Shown piece by piece: positions 37,937 to 47,456 of a DNA stretch of 64,000 nt. The position numbers were made by a program, and so were the translations under genes. The DNA lies in the NCBI GenBank assembly GCA_041659265.1, contig JBAZYP010000009.1:12201-76200 (forward strand), given 5' to 3'. Origin of the DNA: Candidatus Pacearchaeota archaeon (GTDB lineage Archaea; Nanobdellota; Nanobdellia; Pacearchaeales; GW2011-AR1). Each line of letters starts with the position of its first letter. Position 1 is the stretch's first letter. The notes under the pieces were generated by a model. The model ran no database searches. It was not told where the DNA came from and saw nothing but the letters and a program-made list of their open reading frames with translations.

Positions 37937-40409
37937 AACTTTAAAGAATTCTTTTTATCTGTTTTTTATTTTTTTATTAATATTTGGAATAATTTCTAAT
38001 GCAAATGTAAATGTACATGCAATTGATTCAGCATATGGGCCTAAAATTGAAAAAGAACTTTATACTATTTCAAGAAATAAAGTAGATAGGCTTGTTTATA
38101 AGGGAGATATATTTAGAGATTTTATTGATATTACTTATTCTGGAAGTTCTGGCTCTGAAGTTACTTTTGCGGTTAGCGATGAATTAACAGAAATTATTGA
38201 ATTTGAAACAGCAGGAGTTATTCTAAATTCCAATAATTATTCTAGAGCAAATTTTTTATTAAAGGGAAAGGAAATTGGTAATTATTCTGGATTTATTAAA
38301 TTAAAGGGAGGTATTATTGAAGATATTCCTGTAAATGTAACTGTAATTGAACCTAAAATAGATCCCCCATTAATAATAAGTCTTGAATTATCCGAGTCTA
38401 AGTTTGTTCTTAATAGGCCTTTTGAATTTAAGTTAAATATAAATAAATTAAAACCGGATTTTATAAACAACGTTTCAATTGCATATAGAATTAGGGACAG
38501 TAATAATAAAACTTTTTTTTTGGGTTCTGAACAATTAGATATTCAAACTTCTTTTCAAATTGTCAAGAAATTTAAAATACCTGATGAAATTGATGAAGGG
38601 CAATTTATTTTAGAATGTGAAACTCAATATGAGGATAAAAGGATAATTACTTCTTCAATATTCCTATTAAGAAGACCTTTTATGAAGATACTTATTTTTG
38701 GTTTTTTCCCAATGTGGTTGCTTATAACTATTTTAGGTTTGTTATTTTTTAGTGCTCTTGTTTTTTATCTTATAAGAATGAATTTAGCTAAAAGAAGAAA
38801 ATATCAGATGAAACTTGATTTAAAAACTATTCCTATAAAAGAACCTGGTTTTTTATTTTTAGGTAAAATTGCAGAGAAGAGCAATAAGGCTTATCTTGAT
38901 CCTTATAGGTTAACTACTCATAGTATTGTAGCAGGTGCTACTGGTGGAGGAAAATCAATTGCAGCTCAAGTAATTGTTGAAGAGGCCTTAATAAATAATA
39001 TTGCGGTTATTGTTATGGATCCAACTGCACAATGGTCCGGAATGCTAAGAAAATGTACTGATAAAAAGATGATGTCTTATTATCCTAATTTTGGTTTAAA
39101 AGAAACAGACTCAAGAGCATTCAAGGGTAATGTAAGACAAATAAAGAATGCTCGAGAAATAGTTCATGTTGAAAAATATATGAATCCGGGTCAAATACAG
39201 ATATTATCTCTTAATAAATTGGATCCAAAGGATATGGATTTTTTTATTGCTAATTTTATTAGGCAGATATTTAAGTCAGATCCTAAAGAATCTCCAAATC
39301 TTAAATTATTACTAGTTTTTGATGAGGTTCATAGACTTTTATCAAAATTCGGAGGTACTGGGGAAGGGTTTTTGCAAGTTGAAAGGGCATGCAGAGAGTT
39401 TAGAAAATGGGGTTTAGGAGTAATGTTAATCTCTCAGGTCTTAAATGATTTTGTTGGAGAAATTAAAGCAAATATTTCTACAGAAATTCAGATGAGAACT
39501 AGAGATGAAGGAGATTTAAAAAGAATTCAGACTAAATATGGTGATGAATTCTTACGTTCTTTAGTGAAAGCTTCTGTAGGGGTTGGTATGTTTGTAAATC
39601 CTGCTTATAATCATGCTAGACCTTATTTTGTAAACTTTAGGCCTATATTACATAATACTAGAAGATTGCCTGATGAAGAATTGGAACGTTATAATAAATA
39701 TAATGATATTTTGGAAGATTTAGAATTTCAGACAGATCAACTAGAGAAAGAAAAATTAGATGTTTTTGATCTTAAAATGGAATTAAAACTTGTTAAAGAT
39801 AAAATTATGACAGGAAATTTTTCGGTTGTAGAAATTTATTTAGAGGGATTAACTCCAAGAATTGCAAAAGAATGGGAAAAACTCGGGAAACAACCAAAGA
39901 AACTTGAAGTAGAACTTATTTCTGAAGATGAAATAAAAAAATCAATCGAAGAAGCAAAAAACGCAAGAAAAAAATATGAGCTTGAAGAAGCTAAGAAAAA
40001 AGCTAAAGATGAAAAAGAAGTAGTTAAAGCCCCGGAAAAAGAAAATCTTGATTTGAAAGAAGTTAATCCAATAACTTTTGATAATGGAATTATGGTTTCA
40101 AGTTTAAAAGAACTTAAAAGTGTTTTACCTACTATGGATATAAGTATTTTTAAAATTCATGTAAATGATCAAAAAAATGAGATTGCTGATTGGATAGAGA
40201 AAAATATATCTCCGGAGTTAGGGGTTAGATTAAAAGATGCTAAATTAAAATCACAAATGATTAAAGTTATGGATGATTTTGCTAAAGGAATTGTAGAAGA
40301 GAAGAAAGAAGAGAAGAAAGAAGAGAAGAAAGAAGAGAAGAAAGAAGAGAAAATAGTAGATAATAAATCTCCAGTAAATACAACCCCTGTAAATACGCCT
40401 CCAAAATAA
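37917..40409 (+). CDS. membrane-anchored FtsK/HerA-superfamily P-loop ATPase with extracellular N-terminal module (copy 1)
   Basis: Signal ..LIFGIISNANVNVHA, a ~230-aa ectodomain, TM ILIFGFFPMWLLITILGLLFFSALVFYLI and RRKY. Cytoplasmic part: IVAGATGGGKS (Walker A, 38941-38967), VIVMDPTAQW, LLLVFDEVHRL (Walker B, ~39306-39338) and GLGVMLISQ. 20-nt overlap with the upstream gene. Confidence 0.8.
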   Translation: MKKKPSKTLKNSFYLFFIFLLIFGIISNANVNVHAIDSAYGPKIEKELYTISRNKVDRLVYKGDIFRDFIDITYSGSSGSEVTFAVSDELTEIIEFETAGVILNSNNYSRANFLLKGKEIGNYSGFIKLKGGIIEDIPVNVTVIEPKIDPPLIISLELSESKFVLNRPFEFKLNINKLKPDFINNVSIAYRIRDSNNKTFFLGSEQLDIQTSFQIVKKFKIPDEIDEGQFILECETQYEDKRIITSSIFLLRRPFMKILIFGFFPMWLLITILGLLFFSALVFYLIRMNLAKRRKYQMKLDLKTIPIKEPGFLFLGKIAEKSNKAYLDPYRLTTHSIVAGATGGGKSIAAQVIVEEALINNIAVIVMDPTAQWSGMLRKCTDKKMMSYYPNFGLKETDSRAFKGNVRQIKNAREIVHVEKYMNPGQIQILSLNKLDPKDMDFFIANFIRQIFKSDPKESPNLKLLLVFDEVHRLLSKFGGTGEGFLQVERACREFRKWGLGVMLISQVLNDFVGEIKANISTEIQMRTRDEGDLKRIQTKYGDEFLRSLVKASVGVGMFVNPAYNHARPYFVNFRPILHNTRRLPDEELERYNKYNDILEDLEFQTDQLEKEKLDVFDLKMELKLVKDKIMTGNFSVVEIYLEGLTPRIAKEWEKLGKQPKKLEVELISEDEIKKSIEEAKNARKKYELEEAKKKAKDEKEVVKAPEKENLDLKEVNPITFDNGIMVSSLKELKSVLPTMDISIFKIHVNDQKNEIADWIEKNISPELGVRLKDAKLKSQMIKVMDDFAKGIVEEKKEEKKEEKKEEKKEEKIVDNKSPVNTTPVNTPPK
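40296..40352 (+). repeat. 12-bp tandem repeat GAAGAGAAGAAA x ~4.75 encoding (EEKK)n
   Basis: Read directly from the sequence, inside the C-terminal tail of ATPase copy 1. Confidence 0.85.
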
Positions 40410-40487
40410 GAAAATAACTAATATTAATTAAATAATTAAACTATTTAATAATTAAATAATTAAATAAACTAAATTAAAAAAATTAAA

Positions 40488-41408
40488 ATGAATCTAATCA
40501 TAATTTTTATTATTCTAGGAGTTATCTTATTTTTTTTAATAATTTTTTTTGTTTTTGTTTATTTTTTAAACAAGAAAAAAGAAAGTAGATTGTTTGATGA
40601 TGAATCTAGCGGTTATTTTAGGAAATTTTTTAGAAGATTAAATCCATTTATTTTTTCTGATCAAGAGTTTAATGAAAATATGGAGGGTATTGGTGGAAAT
40701 AATGAAAATTTAAAAGAAAATCTTAAAAAGATAATGTTATCTAGTAATAAAATCACTAAAGATTCTCTTATTAATAAAACAAAAAATAAAAAAATTGATG
40801 AACTTAATAAAGAAAGTCAACCTAATCCTCCTATCTTAAATAATAAACCTATTGATAATAATTTACCTACTAATACTCCTGAAATTCCGAATAAACCTTT
40901 GGCTGTTACAAATGTTAATTTAAATGTAAAAGCAGGTGATAAAACTGTTGCACCCATAAATCCAGTTATACCGGCTCCTAAAAATCCTATAAAATCAAAA
41001 CTTCCTTCAAAACTTCCTTACGAAGGTCCAAAAACAGTTAATTTTGAAACTATTGTTGAAGCTGTAAAAGATGAAGAATTATTGATAATCTTAAAGGCTC
41101 TAAAGGAGAAGTATAATAAATTTCTTGAAAAAAGAACATTAAATAAAAACTTTAATTCTTATGAGGAGCTTCTTGATTTTTTAAAAAATGAGATAAAACT
41201 TTTTTTAAAAGATACTTATGAAGCATTAAAATCTGAGATTTCTACATTAAGAAGATCTGGAAAAGATACTAATGAGCAATCTATAAGGTTAATGTCTGTA
41301 CCTTTAAAGATAAAAATATATGAATCTAATCCCTCAATAAAAAATTTTAATAATGTTTTAGAAATTATTGGACATATTGAAGAAGGCATTAATAATCTTA
41401 AAAAATAA
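40488..41408 (+). CDS. N-terminally anchored protein with Pro-rich spacer and helical C-domain
   Basis: N-terminal TM IIIFIILGVILFFLIIFFVFVYFL, a P/N-rich stretch (..QPNPPILNNKPIDNNLPTNTPEIPNKP..) and a helical C-terminus. No family recognised. Confidence 0.45.
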   Translation: MNLIIIFIILGVILFFLIIFFVFVYFLNKKKESRLFDDESSGYFRKFFRRLNPFIFSDQEFNENMEGIGGNNENLKENLKKIMLSSNKITKDSLINKTKNKKIDELNKESQPNPPILNNKPIDNNLPTNTPEIPNKPLAVTNVNLNVKAGDKTVAPINPVIPAPKNPIKSKLPSKLPYEGPKTVNFETIVEAVKDEELLIILKALKEKYNKFLEKRTLNKNFNSYEELLDFLKNEIKLFLKDTYEALKSEISTLRRSGKDTNEQSIRLMSVPLKIKIYESNPSIKNFNNVLEIIGHIEEGINNLKK

Positions 41409-41439
41409 TTAGACTAAATAATTTGTTAATACTTAAGAT

Positions 41440-43134
41440 TTAATCTTCATCATCTTCCCTACGTTTAATAATAAATATGATTATAATCAGGATAATAATC
41501 AATATAATTAATATTATTATGATGTAGGTTATTAAAGTAAGATTTTCTATTCTTAAATCCATTTTATCTATAGTTAAAACATAGACAAGATTATCCTCTT
41601 TTTCACCTGAATAAACTGTAAGTTTTATAAATGGATTTTTTAATAAATCTTCTTCATTTAATTCTTCATGAATTAGAATGTCTTGTGATTTTTTACTTTT
41701 TATTAGAACAGATCCTTCTATACCTAATGTCCTTTTAGTATAACCCATTATTACATCTTTTAGCTCAAAATCTATCCAACAATCTATTTCATAGGGGTTA
41801 TTAATTCTTAATTTAAAATATTTTTTTTGTTTATTATATTTTAAGAATTTTATATCTTCTTTTGAAAGTTTGCATCTATCTAATACTTCTACTATTGTTA
41901 CATTTACTCTTGCAGTTAGAACTTTATCTAAAGAACTTGAAATTTCTCCTAATAGGGCATAAACATCTGCTTCTAATGTATCACCAACAGTAGCATTAAC
42001 AATATAACTTATTGTTTTATAATCTCCTGGAGCTATAAAAATAGGGTCTATATCTCCTACACGGATTCTATCTGTACCGGAGATTAATGTAATTGTTCCT
42101 TTTATAAATGCAGGGACATTAGAATCACTTTTATAGGTAACTTCTAATTGTTTTGTTGCTTTATTATATTTAATAGATTTAATAGAAATTTGAACATTTG
42201 GAGTTGGTAGTGGAAAGATATCTAACCCTTCAATAGCTGAAATTCCTTTTGTTTCTGCTCTTGCACCCCTAGCAAATTTAACCATAACACTAACTCCTGT
42301 ACTTCTCTTGATATTTGTTGCTGCCCCCACCAATTCATTTCCTACAAGAACACCAACTTCTATACCTGAATTTTTAAGATAATCTTTTATTTGATCTGGA
42401 ACATTTTCTCTTCCTGTGAAAAGCACTGGTTGAATTCCATTCATTAATTCTCTTTCTATAAATTCTCCATTTGTTAAAGCTACTTGCTTTGTTGGTTTAA
42501 TAGCTAAATATCTTTTAACTATTTCAATATTATCTTTAAATTTATCTTCGTTATCTATTACTTCTGGATTGTATTTATTTAACATATCCCTAACTTCTCT
42601 ATCAATATAACCGTAGATTATTATTTTTTTTATTGTTCTTTTAGAAAGAATATTCTCTATTTCCATACTATTTTGTCTATTTGCAAGAAATACCCAAGAT
42701 CTAGTTGTTACTGCATAGGGAGCTACAGCCATAGCGTTAAATCCATAGGAATCTCCAACAACAATAAAATTTTCAATATCAACTAAATCATTAATTAGTT
42801 CTAAATTGGCACTATCTACACTTAATTCATCAGCACCAGCAAAACTTTTAGAAGTTATAACATCTGGATAATTAAATACATAAGGTTTTGATTTAGATGT
42901 GATTACCCTTATACTGTTTTTTTTATCAATATTATTTAATAATAATTGACCGTGATTTGTACTTACAAGAAAATCACTACCTATTTTTTTAAGATTAGCA
43001 TAATGTATTGTTGAATATACATCCTGCCAATTTTCGGAATTTGATATCACATGGGTAATTTCTTGAGAACTAATAAAATTTATAGCTAATAAGGAAAATA
43101 ATACGCTTAAAAAAATTATACCACTCTTTTTCAT
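41440..43134 (-). CDS. surface protein: three alpha/beta repeats resembling cell-wall-binding repeat 2 (CWB2), Ig-like domains, C-terminal TM
   Basis: Signal ..LLAINFISSQE. Repeats such as ..FIVVGDSYGFNAMAVAPYAVTTRSWVFLANRQN..IKKIIIYGYI.. and TM ITYIIIILIILIIILIIIIFII plus an acidic tail. Confidence 0.45.
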   Translation of the reverse strand: MKKSGIIFLSVLFSLLAINFISSQEITHVISNSENWQDVYSTIHYANLKKIGSDFLVSTNHGQLLLNNIDKKNSIRVITSKSKPYVFNYPDVITSKSFAGADELSVDSANLELINDLVDIENFIVVGDSYGFNAMAVAPYAVTTRSWVFLANRQNSMEIENILSKRTIKKIIIYGYIDREVRDMLNKYNPEVIDNEDKFKDNIEIVKRYLAIKPTKQVALTNGEFIERELMNGIQPVLFTGRENVPDQIKDYLKNSGIEVGVLVGNELVGAATNIKRSTGVSVMVKFARGARAETKGISAIEGLDIFPLPTPNVQISIKSIKYNKATKQLEVTYKSDSNVPAFIKGTITLISGTDRIRVGDIDPIFIAPGDYKTISYIVNATVGDTLEADVYALLGEISSSLDKVLTARVNVTIVEVLDRCKLSKEDIKFLKYNKQKKYFKLRINNPYEIDCWIDFELKDVIMGYTKRTLGIEGSVLIKSKKSQDILIHEELNEEDLLKNPFIKLTVYSGEKEDNLVYVLTIDKMDLRIENLTLITYIIIILIILIIILIIIIFIIKRREDDED

Positions 43135-43281
43135 TAATGATACTCTTAAAGTTAAATATATAAAATTTTCTATATTATTTATTCTATTTTAAGTATAGAA
43201 TTTTATGATATTAATAGAGGTATCAAATTTAAGAGTGGAAAATATCTGAAACTTTATATACTTTGTTTTTTAATTTATAAT

Positions 43282-44091
43282 ATGTTTAATATCCTTTTTA
43301 ATCCTAAAAAAGCACAGAGACATCCAATAGAAATGATGTTTATTGGAATGTTTTATTCTTCTATTTCTATTTTATTAAGCGCATGGCTTTTTCCAGATCA
43401 TACTTCTCTAGTTATGGTATTTTTTACAGTTCTTTCTTGTTTATATGTTGTTCAGGGTGCAATAAAGCATGAAGAATCTATAGAAAGATCTTATAAAACT
43501 GAATTTTGGATATTAAAACATCATTCAAAACTTTTAGTTTTTTTATTATTTCTTTTTTTGGGATTTGTTTTTTCATTTGCTTTTTGGAGTTTCTTTTTAC
43601 CGGGTGATAATTCTAATAATGTTTTCGGGCTTCAAAAAGCGGTTGTTGAAGGTATAAAAACTAGTTCTATAAAGGGAGATTTTACAAATTCTAATCAGGT
43701 TATTTTTGCTATTTTAGCAAATAATTTGAAGGTTAGTATTCTTTCTTTAGTTTTAGCATTTTTTTATGGTGCTGGAGCAATATTTGTTTTAGTATGGAAT
43801 GCTAGTGTAATGGGTTTAGTTATTGGTAATTTAGCAAAAGTTAAATTTGGAATATTAGGGCTTCCTATAGCATTTACAAAATATTTTGTTCACGGGATTC
43901 CTGAAATGCTTGCATATTTAGTTGTTGCAATAGCTGGAGGGATAATTTATACTGCGGTTTGGAAAGGGGATTTTTTGAAATATGGCAGATCAAAAAAGAT
44001 TTTTCTTGATGTAATTGTTTTAATATTTATCTCCTTATTATTATTAGTATTTGCAGCATTAATTGAAGTATACATTTCTCCTTATATCTAA
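43282..44091 (+). CDS. SpoIIM/DUF95-family integral membrane protein
   Basis: ..ILANNLKVSILSLVLAFFYGAGAIFVLVWNASVMG.. and ..FVHGIPEMLAYLVVAIAGG.. are the hallmark segments as I recall the family. Confidence 0.65.
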   Translation: MFNILFNPKKAQRHPIEMMFIGMFYSSISILLSAWLFPDHTSLVMVFFTVLSCLYVVQGAIKHEESIERSYKTEFWILKHHSKLLVFLLFLFLGFVFSFAFWSFFLPGDNSNNVFGLQKAVVEGIKTSSIKGDFTNSNQVIFAILANNLKVSILSLVLAFFYGAGAIFVLVWNASVMGLVIGNLAKVKFGILGLPIAFTKYFVHGIPEMLAYLVVAIAGGIIYTAVWKGDFLKYGRSKKIFLDVIVLIFISLLLLVFAALIEVYISPYI

Positions 44092-44374
44092 TTTGATAGA
44101 TTTGATTTATATTAATAATTTATATCTATGAAATTCATGATTAAGATTAGGTTCGTATAAATTATTATTAAAAATTATTAAAAAGATGAGAGGAAAAAAA
44201 TCCTTGTTATAAATTGGAGTTAATATTTTAGGCTTTGTTACGGAGTTCTTTAAACTCCGAATAAGAACGCAACTATTAAAGGCTAATAAGACAAAAGTTT
44301 CTTAAAAAATAATCATTTCGGACAGAGCGATATTTTAGATAAATTTATAAATAAAGATTTATTTATTTGGATAT

Positions 44375-44404
44375 AAAAAGTACATAAAAAGTACTTTAAA
44401 AGTA
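44375..44404 (+). promoter_or_regulatory. three direct AAAAGTA(C) repeats at 11-bp spacing next to a TATA-like box, just upstream of the AbrB-like gene
   Basis: AAAAAGTAC at 44375-44383 and 44386-44394, and AAAAGTA at 44398-44404. ATATAAAA lies at 44371-44378 and the ATG at 44409. Confidence 0.35.
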
Positions 44405-44408
44405 TCAA

Positions 44409-44585
44409 ATGACGGAAATCTTATTTAAAGGATCTAAAATTCAGACTGGAGAAAGAATAAAAATTCCTAAACCTATAGTAGATACTCTAAACCTTTATTC
44501 TGGCCAAGGGATTATAATTATTTTTGATGCTGAAAAAAAAGAAATAATTATTAGAGAAGAAAAGAATAAAAAAGATAAAAAATGA
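44409..44585 (+). CDS. AbrB/SpoVT-type (swapped-hairpin) DNA-binding protein, 58 aa, absent from ORF track
   Basis: MTEILFKGSKIQTGERIKIPKPIVDTLNLYSGQGIIIIFDAEKKEIIIREEKNKKDKK*. It shows the ..RIKIPKPIVDTLNL..G..I.. pattern. Its TGA overlaps the ATG of the next gene (ATGA at 44582-44585). Confidence 0.55.
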   Translation: MTEILFKGSKIQTGERIKIPKPIVDTLNLYSGQGIIIIFDAEKKEIIIREEKNKKDKK

Positions 44586-46465
44586 ACATAATTAAACATC
44601 TAAATAAATTTAGTATTGTCCTATTAGCCTTTATTTTAGCATTGCAGCTAGTTTCAGCTTCTCATTATATAACTGGTTATGTTCATGATTCTTTAGATTC
44701 ATTAGAAAGTGCAAATGATAAACAAGTTATTTTATGGAATCCAATTATAGGTATGCAAGAGAATATTAGTGATATTATTGGAATAAATGGAAATTCTGAA
44801 TCTTCAAATACTTTTATGTTTGATTGTGAATTATTGAATAATTCTTGTAAAATTGGAGATATTTTTAAGGTTAAAACTTTAAATGATGGAGATAATTATT
44901 TTAGTGAAGAAGAATCAGTAATTATTAGTGGTGCAGGTTATGATATAACTCCGGATTTAATTTTAAATAGTCCTCCTAATATAACTTTAAATTTTCCATT
45001 AGAGCAAGGAAATGAAAGTAGAACGGTTCGTTTTAATTGTTCTATTTTTGATTTAGATTCTAACCTTCATAATGTTAGTTTGTATGGTAATTGGACCGGG
45101 ACTTGGCATTTAAATGAGACTATAGAAACTCTGGGTGGGGCGACTTCAGTTTTATTTGAAAAAAATCTAAGCGAGGGAGAATATTCTTGGAACTGTTTAA
45201 GCTATGATAATTTATCTATATCTGGATTTAATTATAAAAATAATACATTTAGAGTAGATACAACTAGCCCTGTAATATCCCAGATTTCTGTTAATTCCAC
45301 TTATGGGTGTGGAAATTCTTATATTAATGTAAATTGCTCTGCAATTGATAGTTATGTGGGCATTGATAGTGTAATAATTCAAGCATTAAAACCTAGTGGA
45401 AGTGCTTTTTATCCTGCAAATATTTTAATACCGGGAGTATATTCTACAGAGATATTATTAGATGAAGGAGGTAATTGGAGTTTTATTTGTATTGCAAATG
45501 ATAGTTCATCAAATATTGCAAATCTTTCTTCCAATATAATAAGAGTTTATTCTTTAACTGAAAATGAGATATATGTTAATTATTCTAAAATCTATTTTGG
45601 TAATGAAAAACCAATTGAAACTGAAGAAGTAATTATTAATGCAACAATTGAGAATAGGGGATGCTCTAATTTAAATAATTTTTTAGTAGGATTTTTTAAT
45701 GGTGAACCTACTTTAGGCAATCAAATAGGAAATAATTTAACTATTTCCATACCCGGTTTTTCAAGTCAGATTGTTAATATAAGCTGGAGTGCATTAATTG
45801 GATTAACAAATATATTTATTTTTGCAGATTTAAATGATTCCATAATTGAAATAAATAATAATAACAATATTGCTAATAAGACAATAATTGTTGGTTCTTG
45901 GCAGACTTTTTATGGAAATGTGACTCTTGATAAAATTCTTGCAGATAGTTTGTTCTTTAATTTTAGTTCATGGTATAATGAATCTGAACCAATGGGAAAT
46001 ATATTTGTAGCAGATAAAGAGTCTAATATTAATTGGGCGGCATTATATCCTATTGGAAGAAATATTAGTGGAGATTTAAAGAATGATGATTTTTCTAATA
46101 TAGATAATATTTTTAATACTGCTGAATTTAATGATTCAGTAGAAAAACTTTATTCTACTTTTGGAAATTCTAAATTTAGTGATAGTTTTTTTATTCATCA
46201 TCGTAATTTAACAAATGTTCCTATTTTAAATTCAACTAATTCATCTAATTTTATTACTGGAATTCTTTGGGATTCTGCTAAAGATAGTGGTAATGGGGAG
46301 TTTGATGTTATAGATAAAGAAGATATTGTATTTGTAACAAAAATAAATAAGGCTAGTCCTGGTGGTTATGGCATATATGATTATGAAATAACCATCCCAG
46401 TTAGATTAAGAGAGTTCAATAGTCTTGATAGTAGTGAAATCTATTTTTATTATGAACTTGAATAA
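44582..46465 (+). CDS. secreted protein: HYITGYV N-domain, Ig-like repeats, C-terminal WQxFYGN..YFYYELE domain
   Basis: Signal ..ILALQLVSAS. The N-domain is paralogous to 60248-61513, and the C-terminal ~190 aa are paralogous to 53939-54724 and 55609-56391. Confidence 0.65.
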   Translation: MNIIKHLNKFSIVLLAFILALQLVSASHYITGYVHDSLDSLESANDKQVILWNPIIGMQENISDIIGINGNSESSNTFMFDCELLNNSCKIGDIFKVKTLNDGDNYFSEEESVIISGAGYDITPDLILNSPPNITLNFPLEQGNESRTVRFNCSIFDLDSNLHNVSLYGNWTGTWHLNETIETLGGATSVLFEKNLSEGEYSWNCLSYDNLSISGFNYKNNTFRVDTTSPVISQISVNSTYGCGNSYINVNCSAIDSYVGIDSVIIQALKPSGSAFYPANILIPGVYSTEILLDEGGNWSFICIANDSSSNIANLSSNIIRVYSLTENEIYVNYSKIYFGNEKPIETEEVIINATIENRGCSNLNNFLVGFFNGEPTLGNQIGNNLTISIPGFSSQIVNISWSALIGLTNIFIFADLNDSIIEINNNNNIANKTIIVGSWQTFYGNVTLDKILADSLFFNFSSWYNESEPMGNIFVADKESNINWAALYPIGRNISGDLKNDDFSNIDNIFNTAEFNDSVEKLYSTFGNSKFSDSFFIHHRNLTNVPILNSTNSSNFITGILWDSAKDSGNGEFDVIDKEDIVFVTKINKASPGGYGIYDYEITIPVRLREFNSLDSSEIYFYYELE

Positions 46466-46473
46466 TTATAAAA

Positions 46474-47142
46474 TTATTCTTTTTTTCCTTGAAGTAATTT
46501 TTCAGCTATAAGTTCGTCTGGCCTTTTTTCTACAACCACTTCTTCTTTTTTTCTTTTTAAAATTTTTTTAAAAATCTTTGAAACAATAGTGAAAATATTT
46601 AGTATTATTTTTTTAATAAACCTTAAAATCCCCATAATAATTTTTATAATCAATTTTATTAAGGATAGAATAAACTTTTTAATCATGTTAATGATATTTT
46701 TTATAATTCTTTTTATTTCATTATAGGTTAGTTTAAAGAATAATCTGGTTTTTAAAATGCCGCGTATAAGAAAATTGGGCATTAATTTATGAAAAATTTT
46801 TCTAAAATTTATTTTAAATTTAAATCTGAACATTTCCCATTTTAAACTAATTTTTTCCTTAATAGAAAGTTCCAGATTTAATCGCTTAACGGTAAAATGT
46901 TCTTCTTTATTTTTTTCTTTTTTTATTGCTTTTTTTTTCTCATTTATATAAAGTCTTTTTTGTTCATCAATAAATTTTTTATATTTTAATTCATATGCAA
47001 TACGTGCTTTGTTAAGTTTTTCTTTGTAATCCTTTTCTCTTGAAATTTTGATTGGATATTTTTTAAAATCTTCAAGATACTCTCTATCTATTCTTTCTAT
47101 TTCATGTTTATAAAATTCTTCAATATCATCCGCGTTTTCCAT
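46474..47142 (-). CDS. hypothetical basic protein with amphipathic/hydrophobic C-terminal half
   Basis: 222 aa, K/I-rich (..IINMIKKFILSLIKLIIKIIMGILRFIKKIILNIF..). No family recognised. Confidence 0.4.
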   Translation of the reverse strand: MENADDIEEFYKHEIERIDREYLEDFKKYPIKISREKDYKEKLNKARIAYELKYKKFIDEQKRLYINEKKKAIKKEKNKEEHFTVKRLNLELSIKEKISLKWEMFRFKFKINFRKIFHKLMPNFLIRGILKTRLFFKLTYNEIKRIIKNIINMIKKFILSLIKLIIKIIMGILRFIKKIILNIFTIVSKIFKKILKRKKEEVVVEKRPDELIAEKLLQGKKE

Positions 47143-47144
47143 TT

Positions 47145-47456
47145 TTATTTACAATAACAATCACATTTATGGCAGGAATTCTCTTGAAAACTAAATTCAA
47201 CTCTAAAAAATTTCATCTTTCGAATATTGCACTCATTATAGCATCTAATTTTGCATTTATCTTCATTTTCAATTTGATGAAGAATAGTATTCATTATTAG
47301 AGAACATTCATCTTTTAATTCAATTAGGGAAGGTTCTTTATTTATATTTTTTATCTTATCATAAAATCCAAATTCTGATAAAATCAATGAGGTTAAAATT
47401 ACCAAGAGAACAATTGTTATTATAATAAGCTTCTTACTAATCTTCTTCTTTTTCAT
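47145..47456 (-). CDS. small N-terminally anchored Cys-rich protein
   Basis: Start trimmed to ATG 47456 (MKKKKISKKLIIITIVLLVILTSLILS..). The ectodomain has 8 Cys and ends ..SCHKCDCYCK. Confidence 0.4.
   Translation of the reverse strand: MKKKKISKKLIIITIVLLVILTSLILSEFGFYDKIKNINKEPSLIELKDECSLIMNTILHQIENEDKCKIRCYNECNIRKMKFFRVEFSFQENSCHKCDCYCK

Noticed and set aside
40410-40487. Short A/T-only direct repeats (aattaaataattaaa..) here and in spacers 53264-53456 and 54725-54992, checked as possible CRISPR or ORB-type origin repeats
   Set aside because: The units are too short, irregularly spaced and pure low-complexity A/T. There are no unique spacers, no cas or orc1/cdc6 gene nearby, and nothing beyond what AT-rich promoter regions show.
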